Assembly: GCA_965227515.1 (NCBI GenBank)
Contig: CBDDFZ010000001.1
Coordinates: 2,528,001 to 2,592,000 of the forward strand
Direction of reading: 5' to 3'
Origin: Alphaproteobacteria bacterium
Lineage (GTDB): Bacteria; Pseudomonadota; Alphaproteobacteria; CALKHQ01
DNA length: 64,000 nucleotides
A program made the position numbers and the translations under genes. This document shows positions 29,352-38,484 of the stretch, piece by piece (positions within the stretch are counted from its first letter, which is position 1; the number at the start of each line of letters is the position of its first letter). The notes beneath the pieces were generated by a model. The model did not search any database. It had not been told where the DNA came from and saw only the letters and a program-made list of their open reading frames with translations.

Positions 29352-30830
29352 ATGCGTGGAATGTGGATTGCGGCCACCGCACTGGTGTCGCTGTCGGCGG
29401 CCGGCGCCGCGTTTGCTCAAGGCGGGTCCGTGACGATTGGCATGGGATTGGAACCGCCGCATCTGGACCCGACGGCTGGCGCCGCCGCGGCCATCGACGA
29501 AGTGGTCTATGCCAATGTGTTCGAGGGGCTGACCCGGATCGACCAGACCGGCGCGGTGCAGCCGGCGCTCGCCGAGAGCTGGGACGTTTCCGACGACGGC
29601 CTGTCCTACACCTTCCACCTGCACGACGGCGTCACCTTCCACGACGGCACGTCATTCGATGCCGACGACGTGGTGTTCAGCCTGGACCGCGCGCGGGCGG
29701 AGGACAGCACCAACGCGCAGAAGGGCCTGTTCGAGGGCATCGCCAGTGTCACCGCCGTCGACCCGCTGACGGTGGATGTCGTGCTGTCGTCGCCGAACGC
29801 GCAGTTCCCCTGGAACATGGGCTGGGGCGATGCGGTGATGGTGGCGCCTGAAACGGCCGATGACAACCAGCAGAACCCCATCGGCACCGGCCCGTTCCGG
29901 TTCGAGAACAGGGTCAGCGGCGACCGGGTCGACCTGGTGCGCAACGACAATTACTGGGGCGAGCCGGTGGCGCTGGATGCCGCCACCTTCGTGTTCATTC
30001 CCGATGCGGCGGCCCAGGTGAACGCGCTGTTGGCCGGCGACCTGGACGCGTTTCCGAACATCGGCGCGCCGGAGACGCTGGGCCAGTTCGCTGGCGATCC
30101 CGAGTTCTCGGTGGTCATCGGCACCACCGAGGGCGAGACCATCCTGGCGCTCAACAATGGCCGCGCGCCGTTCAACGACATCCGCGTCCGCCGCGCCATC
30201 GCGCACGCGATCGAGCGTCAGGTGGTCATCGACGGCGCCATGTTCGGCTATGGCACGCCGATCGGCAGCCACTTTGCGCCGCACCACCCGGCCTATGTCG
30301 ACCTGACCGGCATGTACGCCTACGACCTGGATGCCGCCAAGGCGCTGCTGGCCGAGGCGGGCTATCCGGACGGGTTCGAGACCACCCTGGTGCTGCCGCC
30401 GCCGAGCTATGCCCGTCGCGGCGGCGAGATCATCGCGGCGCAACTGGGCGCGGTCGGCATCAAGGTGTCGATCGAGCCGGTGGAGTGGGCGCAGTGGCTG
30501 GATGTGGTGTTCAGGAACACCAACTACGACATGACCATCGTCTCCCACACCGAGCCGCTGGACATCGGCATCTACGCGCGCGACGAGTACTACTTCAACT
30601 ACCACAGCGATCGGTTCAACGCGGTCATGGACGAGGTCGCGCAGACAACCGATGTGGCGGAACAATACGCCCTTTACGGCGAGGCCCAGCGCATCCTGGC
30701 CGAGGACAGCGTCAACGGCTTCCTGTTCCAGCTCGCCAAGCATGGGGTGTGGAACGCACGGCTGAACGGCCTGTGGGCGAACAGCCCGGTCCAGGCCAAC
30801 GACCTGACCGGCGTGTATTGGGAGGAGTGA
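29352..30830 (+). CDS. Peptide/nickel ABC transporter substrate-binding protein (family 5)
   Basis: Signal peptide, LDPT, PALAESW, TFHDGT.FDADDVVFS, PIGTGPF. Confidence 0.93.
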   Translation: MRGMWIAATALVSLSAAGAAFAQGGSVTIGMGLEPPHLDPTAGAAAAIDEVVYANVFEGLTRIDQTGAVQPALAESWDVSDDGLSYTFHLHDGVTFHDGTSFDADDVVFSLDRARAEDSTNAQKGLFEGIASVTAVDPLTVDVVLSSPNAQFPWNMGWGDAVMVAPETADDNQQNPIGTGPFRFENRVSGDRVDLVRNDNYWGEPVALDAATFVFIPDAAAQVNALLAGDLDAFPNIGAPETLGQFAGDPEFSVVIGTTEGETILALNNGRAPFNDIRVRRAIAHAIERQVVIDGAMFGYGTPIGSHFAPHHPAYVDLTGMYAYDLDAAKALLAEAGYPDGFETTLVLPPPSYARRGGEIIAAQLGAVGIKVSIEPVEWAQWLDVVFRNTNYDMTIVSHTEPLDIGIYARDEYYFNYHSDRFNAVMDEVAQTTDVAEQYALYGEAQRILAEDSVNGFLFQLAKHGVWNARLNGLWANSPVQANDLTGVYWEE

Positions 30831-30858
30831 GGCGGCCGTTCTGGACCACAATTACGAT

Positions 30859-31036
30859 CGTCGCCCTCGCCCGTGTGGCGAGGGCCCATTCCGATGCCGT
30901 GCGCGATGAGCAAATGGTAGGCGCCATTCCGTCGCGTCCATTTCCGTCGAAGGACTGCCACGCCAACCACGGTAAAATTTCCGGCAGATGGCGCTTGGGA
31001 CATGGATGGGTCCTCGCCACAAGGGCGAGGACGACG
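30859..31036. repeat. Family-1 REP doublet, copy C
   Basis: cgtcgccctcgcccgtgtggcgagggcccat ... atgggtcctcgccacaagggcgaggacgacg; between SBP and permease genes. Confidence 0.87.
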
Positions 31037-31137
31037 GGTGGGTGTTGGTGAGGTTGTGTCGACATTGGCACACGCCGTGGCCTTGCAAGCTTGCGGTACC
31101 CAGCGATGGACCGACATGATCCTGCTATAAGGCGCCC

Positions 31138-32094
31138 ATGACCGCCTTCATCGTGCGCCGCGTCGCCGGGCTGTTGCTGACCGCGCTGGCGGCCAGCGTG
31201 ATCATCTTCCTGGTCGTCGACCTGCTGCCGGGGGACGCCGCGCAGATCCTGCTCGGCGTCGAGGCGCGGCCGGACACGCTGGCGGCATTGCAGGAGAAGC
31301 TCGGCACCGACCGTCCGGCGGTGGAACGCTACCTCGACTGGATCGTCGGCTGCCTGACCGGCGATTTCGGCACCTCCTACATCTATGACGAGCCGGTCGG
31401 CGGCATGATCGGCCAGCGCCTGGAGGTCAGCCTGCCGCTCGCGCTCGGCGGCATCCTGCTTTCCACCGTGATCGCCATTCCGCTCGGCACCTTCGCGGCC
31501 GCCAACCATCGCCGCGTCGGCGACTATGGGGTGATGGCGTTCACCCAGGTCGGCGTCGCGGTGCCGAACTTCTGGCTCGGCATGCTGCTGGTGCTGATCT
31601 TCGCGACATGGCTGGAGATCCTGCCGGCGATCCGCTTCCCTGGCTGGGGCGAGGATTTCGGCGGGTCGCTGGCCTCGCTGATCATGCCGGTGGTGGCGCT
31701 GGCGCTGCCCCAGGCCGCGATCCTGGCGCGCGTCGTGCGCTCCTCGGTGCTGGAGGTGCTGGGCGAGCCCTACATCCGCACCGCGGCGGCGAAGGGGCTG
31801 ACCCGCTGGCGCATTCTGGTCGGGCACGCGCTGCGCAATGCGTTGATCCCCATCGTCACCCTGATCGGGCTGCAGCTCTCGTTCGTGGTTGCCGGCGCCA
31901 TCGTGATCGAAAGCGTGTTCACGCTGCCTGGCCTCGGCCGCCTGATCACGCTCTCGATCAGCAACCGCGACCTGATCGTCATCCAGAGCGTGGTGCTGCT
32001 GCTGGCGGTGATGGTGATCCTCGTCAACTTCCTGGTCGACCTGGCCTATGTCTGGCTCGATCCGCGCATTCGCCTGGTGCACCATGAGCATTGA
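31138..32094 (+). CDS. Peptide ABC transporter permease (DppB-like)
   Basis: LLPGDAA, GDFGTSY, YIRTAAAKGL..HALRNA (EAA loop), IESVFTLPGLG, LDPRIR. Confidence 0.93.
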   Translation: MTAFIVRRVAGLLLTALAASVIIFLVVDLLPGDAAQILLGVEARPDTLAALQEKLGTDRPAVERYLDWIVGCLTGDFGTSYIYDEPVGGMIGQRLEVSLPLALGGILLSTVIAIPLGTFAAANHRRVGDYGVMAFTQVGVAVPNFWLGMLLVLIFATWLEILPAIRFPGWGEDFGGSLASLIMPVVALALPQAAILARVVRSSVLEVLGEPYIRTAAAKGLTRWRILVGHALRNALIPIVTLIGLQLSFVVAGAIVIESVFTLPGLGRLITLSISNRDLIVIQSVVLLLAVMVILVNFLVDLAYVWLDPRIRLVHHEH

Positions 32095-32938
32095 GGCCGC
32101 CTGGCGCGCGGCCCGGCGCAACCCGAACCTGGCCATCGGCGCGGTGATCACGGCGATCGTGTCGCTGGCGGCGGTGATCTCGTTCTTCTGGACGCCCTAT
32201 CCGGTCGACCCGCTGCCCGACATCGCCAACCGGTTCGCGGCACCGACATGGGCGCACCCGCTGGGCACCGACGTGCAGGGCCGCGACATGCTCTCGCGCC
32301 TGATGGTCGGCGCCGGCAATGCGCTGGCGGTCGGCTTCGTGGCGGTCGGCATCGGCGTGGCCCTGGGTGTATCCCTTGGCCTCTATGCAGCCATGGCCGG
32401 CGGCTGGGCGGAAGAGATCGTCATGCGGTCCGGCGACTTCATCTTCGCCTTCCCGATCCTGCTGTCGGCGATCATGATCACCGCCTGGCTCGGCCCCGGC
32501 GCGATCAACTCCATCATCGCCATCGGCATCTTCAACATCCCGGTGTTCGCGCGGCTGACGCGGGGAGCGGCGAAGGCGACCAAGGAGCGCGAGTTCGTGC
32601 GCGCCGCCCGCGCGCTGGGCCAGACGCCCAGCGTCATCGCCTTCGGACATGTGCTGCCGAATATCGCCGGGGTGCTGGTGGTGCAGGCGACGACCCAGTT
32701 CGCCATCGCCATCGTCGCCGATGCCGCGCTCAGCTATCTCGGCCTCGGCATCCAGCCACCGGCGCCAAGCTGGGGCAAGATGCTGTTCGACGCCCAGACG
32801 CTGACCCACATGGCGCCGATGCAGGCGATCTATCCCGGGCTTGCCATCGTGCTGACGGTGCTGGGGCTGAACCTGCTGGGCGATGGGCTGCGCGACATGA
32901 TGGACAGCCGCCTGACCCGCCACCAGACGGGTGTGTGA
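32084..32938 (+). CDS. Peptide ABC transporter permease (DppC-like)
   Basis: HPLGTD..GRD, EFVRAARALG, HVLPN, LSYLGLGIQPP.PSWG, NLLGDGLRD. Confidence 0.93.
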   Translation: MSIEAAWRAARRNPNLAIGAVITAIVSLAAVISFFWTPYPVDPLPDIANRFAAPTWAHPLGTDVQGRDMLSRLMVGAGNALAVGFVAVGIGVALGVSLGLYAAMAGGWAEEIVMRSGDFIFAFPILLSAIMITAWLGPGAINSIIAIGIFNIPVFARLTRGAAKATKEREFVRAARALGQTPSVIAFGHVLPNIAGVLVVQATTQFAIAIVADAALSYLGLGIQPPAPSWGKMLFDAQTLTHMAPMQAIYPGLAIVLTVLGLNLLGDGLRDMMDSRLTRHQTGV

Positions 32939-32958
32939 GGGGCAACCAATCCAGCACG

Positions 32959-33073
32959 CGTCATGCCCGGGCCGGCCCGATCGGTTACGAGCGGGCCGAG
33001 TCCCGGGTATCCACGTCTTTGCTGTGGCGGCCACCGTATGACGTGGATACCCGCAACAAGTGCGGGCATGACG
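32959..33073. repeat. Family-2 REP doublet with expanded left-arm loop
   Basis: cgtcatgcccggg[hairpin]tcccgggtatccacgtc ... gacgtggatacccgcaacaagtgcgggcatgacg. Confidence 0.8.
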
Positions 33074-33130
33074 AGCTCGGTTGGTTGTTGGCTACATCAT
33101 TCAAGCGGTCGGCCGTCCGGCGCTGGCGCA

Positions 33131-33547
33131 TCAGGCCGGAACGTCTTCGCGCTTGGGCATGGTCGCGAACCCCGGCAGGGACGGGTCCATGTGGTCCCAC
33201 TTCGCCGCGCGGTCGGTGTAGACGATCATCCGGGGCTGGAAGACGTCGGGGTCGTCCAGGCTGGAGGCGCGCACGAAGATGCGCTCGCCGTACGCGGCAT
33301 TGGTCGAGTAGACCGGCGAGCCGCAGCGCGGGCAGAAGCCGCGCCGGACCATGTTGCCGCTGTCGGCGGCCTTCTCGAAGAACCTGACCTCGCCGGTGAC
33401 GCTGAAATCCTTGCCCTCGACGATCATGTGCGAGCAGTGGCCGGTGCCGCTCGACTTGCGGCAGTCGATGCAGTGGCAGTGGCCGCCGCCCTGTTCCGCC
33501 TTCACCTCATAACGTACGTCCCCGCACAGGCATCCACCGGTTATCAT
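33131..33547 (-). CDS. GFA/CENP-V family protein
   Basis: TGGCLCGDVRY, HCHCIDCRKSSG, FCPRCGSP zinc-binding motifs. Confidence 0.93.
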   Translation of the reverse strand: MITGGCLCGDVRYEVKAEQGGGHCHCIDCRKSSGTGHCSHMIVEGKDFSVTGEVRFFEKAADSGNMVRRGFCPRCGSPVYSTNAAYGERIFVRASSLDDPDVFQPRMIVYTDRAAKWDHMDPSLPGFATMPKREDVPA

Positions 33548-33568
33548 GATCGCTGCTCCTCGATTAAG

Positions 33569-33608
33569 TTGCGAATTGCAAGCTAAATGGATAGATTGCG
33601 TTTCGCAA
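33569..33608. promoter_or_regulatory. Two operator-like palindromes between the divergent GFA and HxlR genes
   Basis: TTGCgaattGCAA (33569-33581) and TTGCgtttcGCAA (33596-33608). Confidence 0.65.
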
Positions 33609-33626
33609 GTGAAATGTAAGGAACCG

Positions 33627-34046
33627 ATGACGGACGATACGCCACGCCGGTCCAACTGCCCGATCAGCTATGCGCTGGACATTTTCGGCGACCGCTGGAC
33701 GCTGCTGGTGCTGCGCGACCTGCTGCTGAAGGGCCGCCACCGGTTCAAGGAGATGCAGGGCGCGGAGGAGGGGATCGCCACCAACATCCTGTCCGACCGC
33801 TTGCGCCGGCTGGAGGCGCGCGGCCTGATCAGCCGCCACAAGGACCCGGAGGATCGGCGCCAGGTGTTGTATCGCCCCACCGAACTGGCGGTCGCACTGC
33901 TGCCGATGCTGCTGGAGATGGTGGTGTGGAGCGCACGCAACGATGGGCGCAGCGCCGTGCCGCCATCCTTCGTCGCGCGTTACGACGCGGACCGGGAGGC
34001 CGTGCTGGCCGAGCTGACCGCGGCCGCGCGACAGCTGGTAGGGTAG
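33627..34046 (+). CDS. HxlR-family transcriptional regulator
   Basis: RSNCPISYALDIFGDRWTLLVLRDL, GIATNILSDRLRRL. Confidence 0.92.
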   Translation: MTDDTPRRSNCPISYALDIFGDRWTLLVLRDLLLKGRHRFKEMQGAEEGIATNILSDRLRRLEARGLISRHKDPEDRRQVLYRPTELAVALLPMLLEMVVWSARNDGRSAVPPSFVARYDADREAVLAELTAAARQLVG

Positions 34047-34122
34047 CTACTGCGAGGCGAACAGATCGTAGACGCCATAGGGTCCGGCCCTATGAGGTTC
34101 GCACATCTCACCAATACAGGAT

Positions 34123-34302
34123 CGTCATCCTCGCCCGTGTGGCGAGGATCCATTTATGATCGAAATATCAATGCTTTATAGGATTCAAGCTGGCCCCAGT
34201 GCAGGCAGTCGATTGGCACTGAACCGCGTAGGCTTCGAGCACACTTGGCTAATCTCCAGGACTTGCGCAGGAATGGGTCCTCGGCACAAGGCCGAGGACG
34301 AC
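34123..34302. repeat. Family-1 REP doublet, copy D (core in reverse orientation)
   Basis: cgtcatcctcgcccgtgtggcgaggatccat ... atgggtcctcggcacaaggccgaggacgac; contains TATCAATGCTTTA at 34166-34178. Confidence 0.87.
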
Positions 34303-34396
34303 AATGTTTTTCTTTTGACTGGGAACGAGCAATCAAGGCGCGAGGTTATTGAATGCCTTAGTCACAAGACCGAGGGCGTCAATCGACTGAAACGGC

Positions 34397-35458
34397 CTAC
34401 CCGATGGTGAACGTGGTGATCAGCCGCGGCGGCTCGCCATGGCGGATGCGCCCGCTGAACTGACGCTCCTCGCCATTCACCCGCACACGCACGCGATAAT
34501 CGGTCGGGTCCGGCGCGCCGTGGTTGGCGTAGTGGTCGACATAGACCTGGTAGGTGCCCGGCGGCAGGTTGGACGCCGGCCAGACGATGTTCTCCACCGG
34601 CTGGTTGCTCAGCCGGTTGGTCGACGCGTTCATGTCGATGTCCAGCCGCGACCCGCAGCCCTGCATGTCGGCGAAGTACACCCGCCGCCCGTTCGGGCAG
34701 ATGATGTGCAGGTCCAGGTCGTTGCGATTGTTCCAGATCAGCGTCACCAGCGAGTTGGCCTGCTGCCCGCCCTCGCGCTGGATGCGCTGGTCGAACTCCT
34801 GGCCCGACGGCGGCGGCGGGGTCGGCGCCGGCGGCTGCGGCGGATCGACCTGGGCGACCACAGGCGGCACCGGGTCCGGCACCACGACGGCCGGCGGCGG
34901 CGGGTCGGGCTGCGGCGGCGGCGGTGGCGGCGGCGGGTCGCGCTCCGGCATGATCGGCGGCGGATCGGCGAGCGCCACCTGCACCGGCGGGTCCGGCTCG
35001 GGCTCGGGTTCCGGCGGCGGCGGCTCCAGCGCCGGCGGTGGCGTCAGGTAGGAGAGTTGTGGCGGGTCGGGCGCCGGCGGCTCCTCCGGAATGCACTGCC
35101 GGCGCTCCTGCAGGGCGAGCCAGCGCAGCCGCGCGACCTCGTCCGTCAGCGCGATGGTGCGCGCCTGCTCGGCATCCAGCGCGACGCGGTGGAGCAGGCC
35201 GATATCCGGCTCGTCGACCACGTCTTCCGCGGTGCCGGCGGCATCCTCGGCCGCCAGCGCGGGATCCAGTTCGCCGGGTTCACCGGCCTCGGCGCCATCG
35301 TCGGCGGCGACTTCCATGTCCTTGCCGGTGATCAGCTCGGCCGCGTAGGGCCAGGCGAAGAAGGCGGCCACGCCCAGCACCGCCAGGCCGCTGGCGGCGG
35401 CTGACGCGAGAATCCAACGGCGGCGGCCGTCAGAGGCTGGCTGTTCGCCCTCGGTCAT
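34397..35458 (-). CDS. Membrane-anchored proline-rich protein with C-terminal YfaP/DUF2135-like domain
   Basis: N-terminal TM, poly-Pro linker, VTLIWNNRNDLDLHIICPNG...LDIDMN...VENIVW...PPGTYQVYVDHY. Confidence 0.75.
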   Translation of the reverse strand: MTEGEQPASDGRRRWILASAAASGLAVLGVAAFFAWPYAAELITGKDMEVAADDGAEAGEPGELDPALAAEDAAGTAEDVVDEPDIGLLHRVALDAEQARTIALTDEVARLRWLALQERRQCIPEEPPAPDPPQLSYLTPPPALEPPPPEPEPEPDPPVQVALADPPPIMPERDPPPPPPPPQPDPPPPAVVVPDPVPPVVAQVDPPQPPAPTPPPPSGQEFDQRIQREGGQQANSLVTLIWNNRNDLDLHIICPNGRRVYFADMQGCGSRLDIDMNASTNRLSNQPVENIVWPASNLPPGTYQVYVDHYANHGAPDPTDYRVRVRVNGEERQFSGRIRHGEPPRLITTFTIG

Positions 35459-35697
35459 CGCTGTGTCAACGCTCTTTGGTCCATTGTCCGTTGCACTCGC
35501 GCACGCCATATGCGGCATGCACAGCGCAGCGTGTCCCCCGCTTATGTTTCCGGTGCACCGCCTCCCACGGCGAGCTGCTATCGCGCGTCGGCACCGGACG
35601 CGTCCATTGCTGGACCATGCGAAAATGCCGGCCAATTGGGGCAAGCCTGTGGCATTGTCTGCCCCTGTGAACGATTTCCCAAATGGAGGTAGGGGCG

Positions 35698-36600
35698 ATG
35701 AGCAAACCGAAGATCGGTTGGCTGGGGGTTGGCCTGATGGGCCACGGCGCGGCGGCGAACATCCTGGCCGCAGGCTACGACCTGATGGTCAAGGGCAACC
35801 GCAACCGCCAGCCGGTCGAGGACCTGGTCGAGCGCGGCGCGACCGAGGCATCGACCCCGGCGGAACTGGCCAGTGCGTGCGACATCGTCTTCACCTGCGT
35901 GCCGTCGACCCACCAGGTCGAGATGGTGGTCTATGGCGATGACGGCCTGTTGGCGGGCGCGCACAAGGGCCTGATCCACATCGACTGCACCACCGCCGAC
36001 CCGCATTCCACCGACGTCATCGCCAAGGCGTGGCTGGACCGCGACTGCGTGATGCTGGACTGCCCGTTCTCACGCACGCCGAAGGAGGCGGAGGAGGGCC
36101 GGCTGGTGATCATGGCCGGCGGCATGGAGCAGGACGTGGAGCGGGTGCGCCCGGTGCTCGACACCTTCACCGAAGAGATCATCTACTGCGGCCTGAACGG
36201 GTCGGGCCACCGCATGAAGCTGCTGCACAACATGGCCGCGCTCACCATCATCGCGGTCAATGCCGAGGCGTTGGCGACCGGCGCCAAGCTGGGCCTGGAC
36301 CTGAAGACCGTCCACAAGGTCTTCTCGACCGGCGGTGCCGCCAATGTGGTGCTGGAGCGGACCATGCCGTGGGTGCTGGAGGGCGACGACAGCGTGCACA
36401 AGGGCACGATCTGGGTCGGCGCCAAGGACCTGCGCGCCTACATGAACATGGCCGGTGCCGCCGATGCCCCGGGCAGCCTGTGCGCCGCGGCCCTGCAGCA
36501 CTACACGGCCGCCTGCGCGCAAGGCCATGCCGACCGCTTCATGCCGATCATGCCGCAGGTGGTGGCGCAGATGTTCGGCGGCCACATCCGGGATTTGTAG
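35698..36600 (+). CDS. NAD(P)-dependent oxidoreductase, 3-hydroxyisobutyrate dehydrogenase family
   Basis: IGWLGVGLMG, IDCTT, RTPKEAEEGRL, GSGHRMKLLHN. Confidence 0.88.
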   Translation: MSKPKIGWLGVGLMGHGAAANILAAGYDLMVKGNRNRQPVEDLVERGATEASTPAELASACDIVFTCVPSTHQVEMVVYGDDGLLAGAHKGLIHIDCTTADPHSTDVIAKAWLDRDCVMLDCPFSRTPKEAEEGRLVIMAGGMEQDVERVRPVLDTFTEEIIYCGLNGSGHRMKLLHNMAALTIIAVNAEALATGAKLGLDLKTVHKVFSTGGAANVVLERTMPWVLEGDDSVHKGTIWVGAKDLRAYMNMAGAADAPGSLCAAALQHYTAACAQGHADRFMPIMPQVVAQMFGGHIRDL

Positions 36601-36647
36601 GGGCGATTGCCCTCACCCTCCCGGCGTTGCCGTCACCAGCACTCCAT

Positions 36648-36825
36648 CGTCGTCCTCGCCCTTGTGGCGAGGACCCATTTGCGTGCAGGGCTCAAGACGT
36701 GCCGGATTCGGTCTGTCGTTGTGGTGCCGGCCCCGTGGCGAAGCTGCCACCAACTCGGTGGTCCGCAGGTAAACTATTGAAATATTGGACATAAATGGAT
36801 CCTCGGGACAAGCCCGAGGATGACG
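36648..36825. repeat. Family-1 REP doublet, copy E
   Basis: cgtcgtcctcgcccttgtggcgaggacccat ... atggatcctcgggacaagcccgaggatgacg; between convergent genes. Confidence 0.87.
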
Positions 36826-36844
36826 ATGATAGGAATGGCGCCAG

Positions 36845-37474
36845 CTAGCCCCGCTTCTCGAACGCCAGTCGGGTCCAGGTGACGCCCGCCTCTCGGTTGC
36901 CGGCCTGCACCGAGTCCCGCCGCTGGTGCAGGATCGGGCGCAGACCGCATGTCTGCGCCAACTCGCAGGTCTCGTCGGCGTCGACCGGGAACATATGCCG
37001 CGCCTCCGGCAGCGGGCCGTGGCGCAGCAGCATGATCGCAAGCCCCCGGTCGCGCAGCAGGCCGGCGATCACCGGCATCGCGCGGGCGCGCTCATCGGGC
37101 TCCAGGTGCATCCAGACCGCCGTCAGCATGGCGACGTCGAAGCCGCCCTTGCGCCCGGCCAGCATCGGCAGGTCGGGCAGCGCGTCGTCGATCCAGGTGA
37201 TCTCCGGCATCGGGTGCAGGCGGGCGGCGGCATCGCGCAGGGCGGCCGTCGGCTCCACCGCCACCACCCGGTGCCCGATGACAGTCAAATAGGCGGCATC
37301 CCGGCCCGATCCCGCGCCGATATCCAGGATGTCGGCAGGCGGCTGCGGCAACAGGTAGATGACGTCCGAATGCAGTTCCAGGAACGGGATGCGCTCGAAC
37401 TCGCGCACCAGTTTCTCGGCCGCTTCGGTGTAGCCTCGGGTGCCGGGGACCTGCTCAGCCATCCATCGCACCAT
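36845..37474 (-). CDS. Class I SAM-dependent methyltransferase
   Basis: ILDIGAGSGRDAA, VVAVEP, AVWMHL, LRHGP. Confidence 0.88.
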   Translation of the reverse strand: MVRWMAEQVPGTRGYTEAAEKLVREFERIPFLELHSDVIYLLPQPPADILDIGAGSGRDAAYLTVIGHRVVAVEPTAALRDAAARLHPMPEITWIDDALPDLPMLAGRKGGFDVAMLTAVWMHLEPDERARAMPVIAGLLRDRGLAIMLLRHGPLPEARHMFPVDADETCELAQTCGLRPILHQRRDSVQAGNREAGVTWTRLAFEKRG

Positions 37475-37527
37475 TCATGTCAATGTGCCGGCCGTCGCCA
37501 TGCAAAGGGCGCGACGGTTGCCCCAGG

Positions 37528-38484
37528 CTACACGTGTTGCTGCAGGAAATCAGCAATCCGCCGGCATTCGGTGTTGGCTGCGTCCAGTTCCCGCGTCCAG
37601 ATCATGAAGCCGTGCAGCACGCCGGGGATTTCGTTGAACGCGTGGGGCACGCCAGCGGCCGCCAGCTTTTCGGCCAGCCGCTCGGCATCGTCGCGCAGCG
37701 GGTCTAGGGCTGCGGCGTTGACGTAGCATGGCGGCAGGCCCGCATGCTCCGCCAGCAACGGCGAGGCGCGCGGGTCGTCCATCTCGCCGAGGTTGTTCAG
37801 ATAGTGGTTGCGGAACCACAGCATGAACTCGGTCGGCAACAGGTATTCCGCGCCGCCGAAACTCTTGTGCGATGAGCTGCGGTACTCGTCGTGGAAGGTG
37901 AAGGCGCCATAGATCAGCGCCAGCGCCTTCAGCGCATCGACCCCGGCGTCGCGCAGCGTCAGCGCGGTCGCCAGCGACAGGTTGCCGCCGGCCGAGTCGC
38001 CGCCGAGCGCCAGACGGGTGCCGTCCAGCCCCCATTGCGCCCCGTTGACCGCGATCCAGCGCACCGCGGCGACGCAGTCGTCCAGTGGGCAGGGGAAGCG
38101 GAACTCCGGCGCCATCCGGTAGTCGACGCTGGCCACCGCGAAACCGCTCTCCTCGGCCAGCCGCCGGCACAGCCGATCGTGGGTGTCGATGGAGCAGACC
38201 ACCCAGCCGCCGCCATGGATGAAGACCAGGGTCGGGGCGGGGCGCCGGTCGTCCGGGAAGTAGAGCCGCACCGGGATGTCGCCGTGCGGTCCGGGGCATG
38301 TCTCCATGCGCACGTCGTGCATTGCCGGCGGGTCTTCGTTCCAGCGCGCGTTCAGGCGCTCGACCCACTCGCGGCACTCCGGCACCGGATATTCGTAGAG
38401 CGGGCGGGGCGGCTCGCCACTCTCGATCATGCGCTTCAGGATGGTCTCCTGCTGCGGATCGAAGGTGACGTTCGCAATCGTCAT
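37528..38484 (-). CDS. Alpha/beta hydrolase, HSL-family esterase
   Basis: HGGGW, VDYRMAPE, GDSAGG, DPLRD, HGF; start MTIANV overlaps the permease stop (ATGA). Confidence 0.92.
   Translation of the reverse strand: MTIANVTFDPQQETILKRMIESGEPPRPLYEYPVPECREWVERLNARWNEDPPAMHDVRMETCPGPHGDIPVRLYFPDDRRPAPTLVFIHGGGWVVCSIDTHDRLCRRLAEESGFAVASVDYRMAPEFRFPCPLDDCVAAVRWIAVNGAQWGLDGTRLALGGDSAGGNLSLATALTLRDAGVDALKALALIYGAFTFHDEYRSSSHKSFGGAEYLLPTEFMLWFRNHYLNNLGEMDDPRASPLLAEHAGLPPCYVNAAALDPLRDDAERLAEKLAAAGVPHAFNEIPGVLHGFMIWTRELDAANTECRRIADFLQQHV

Noticed and set aside
26815-32938. Microcystin-degradation (mlr) cluster
   Set aside because: No MlrA (CAAX-type protease), MlrB or MlrD seen; M81 peptidases are widespread
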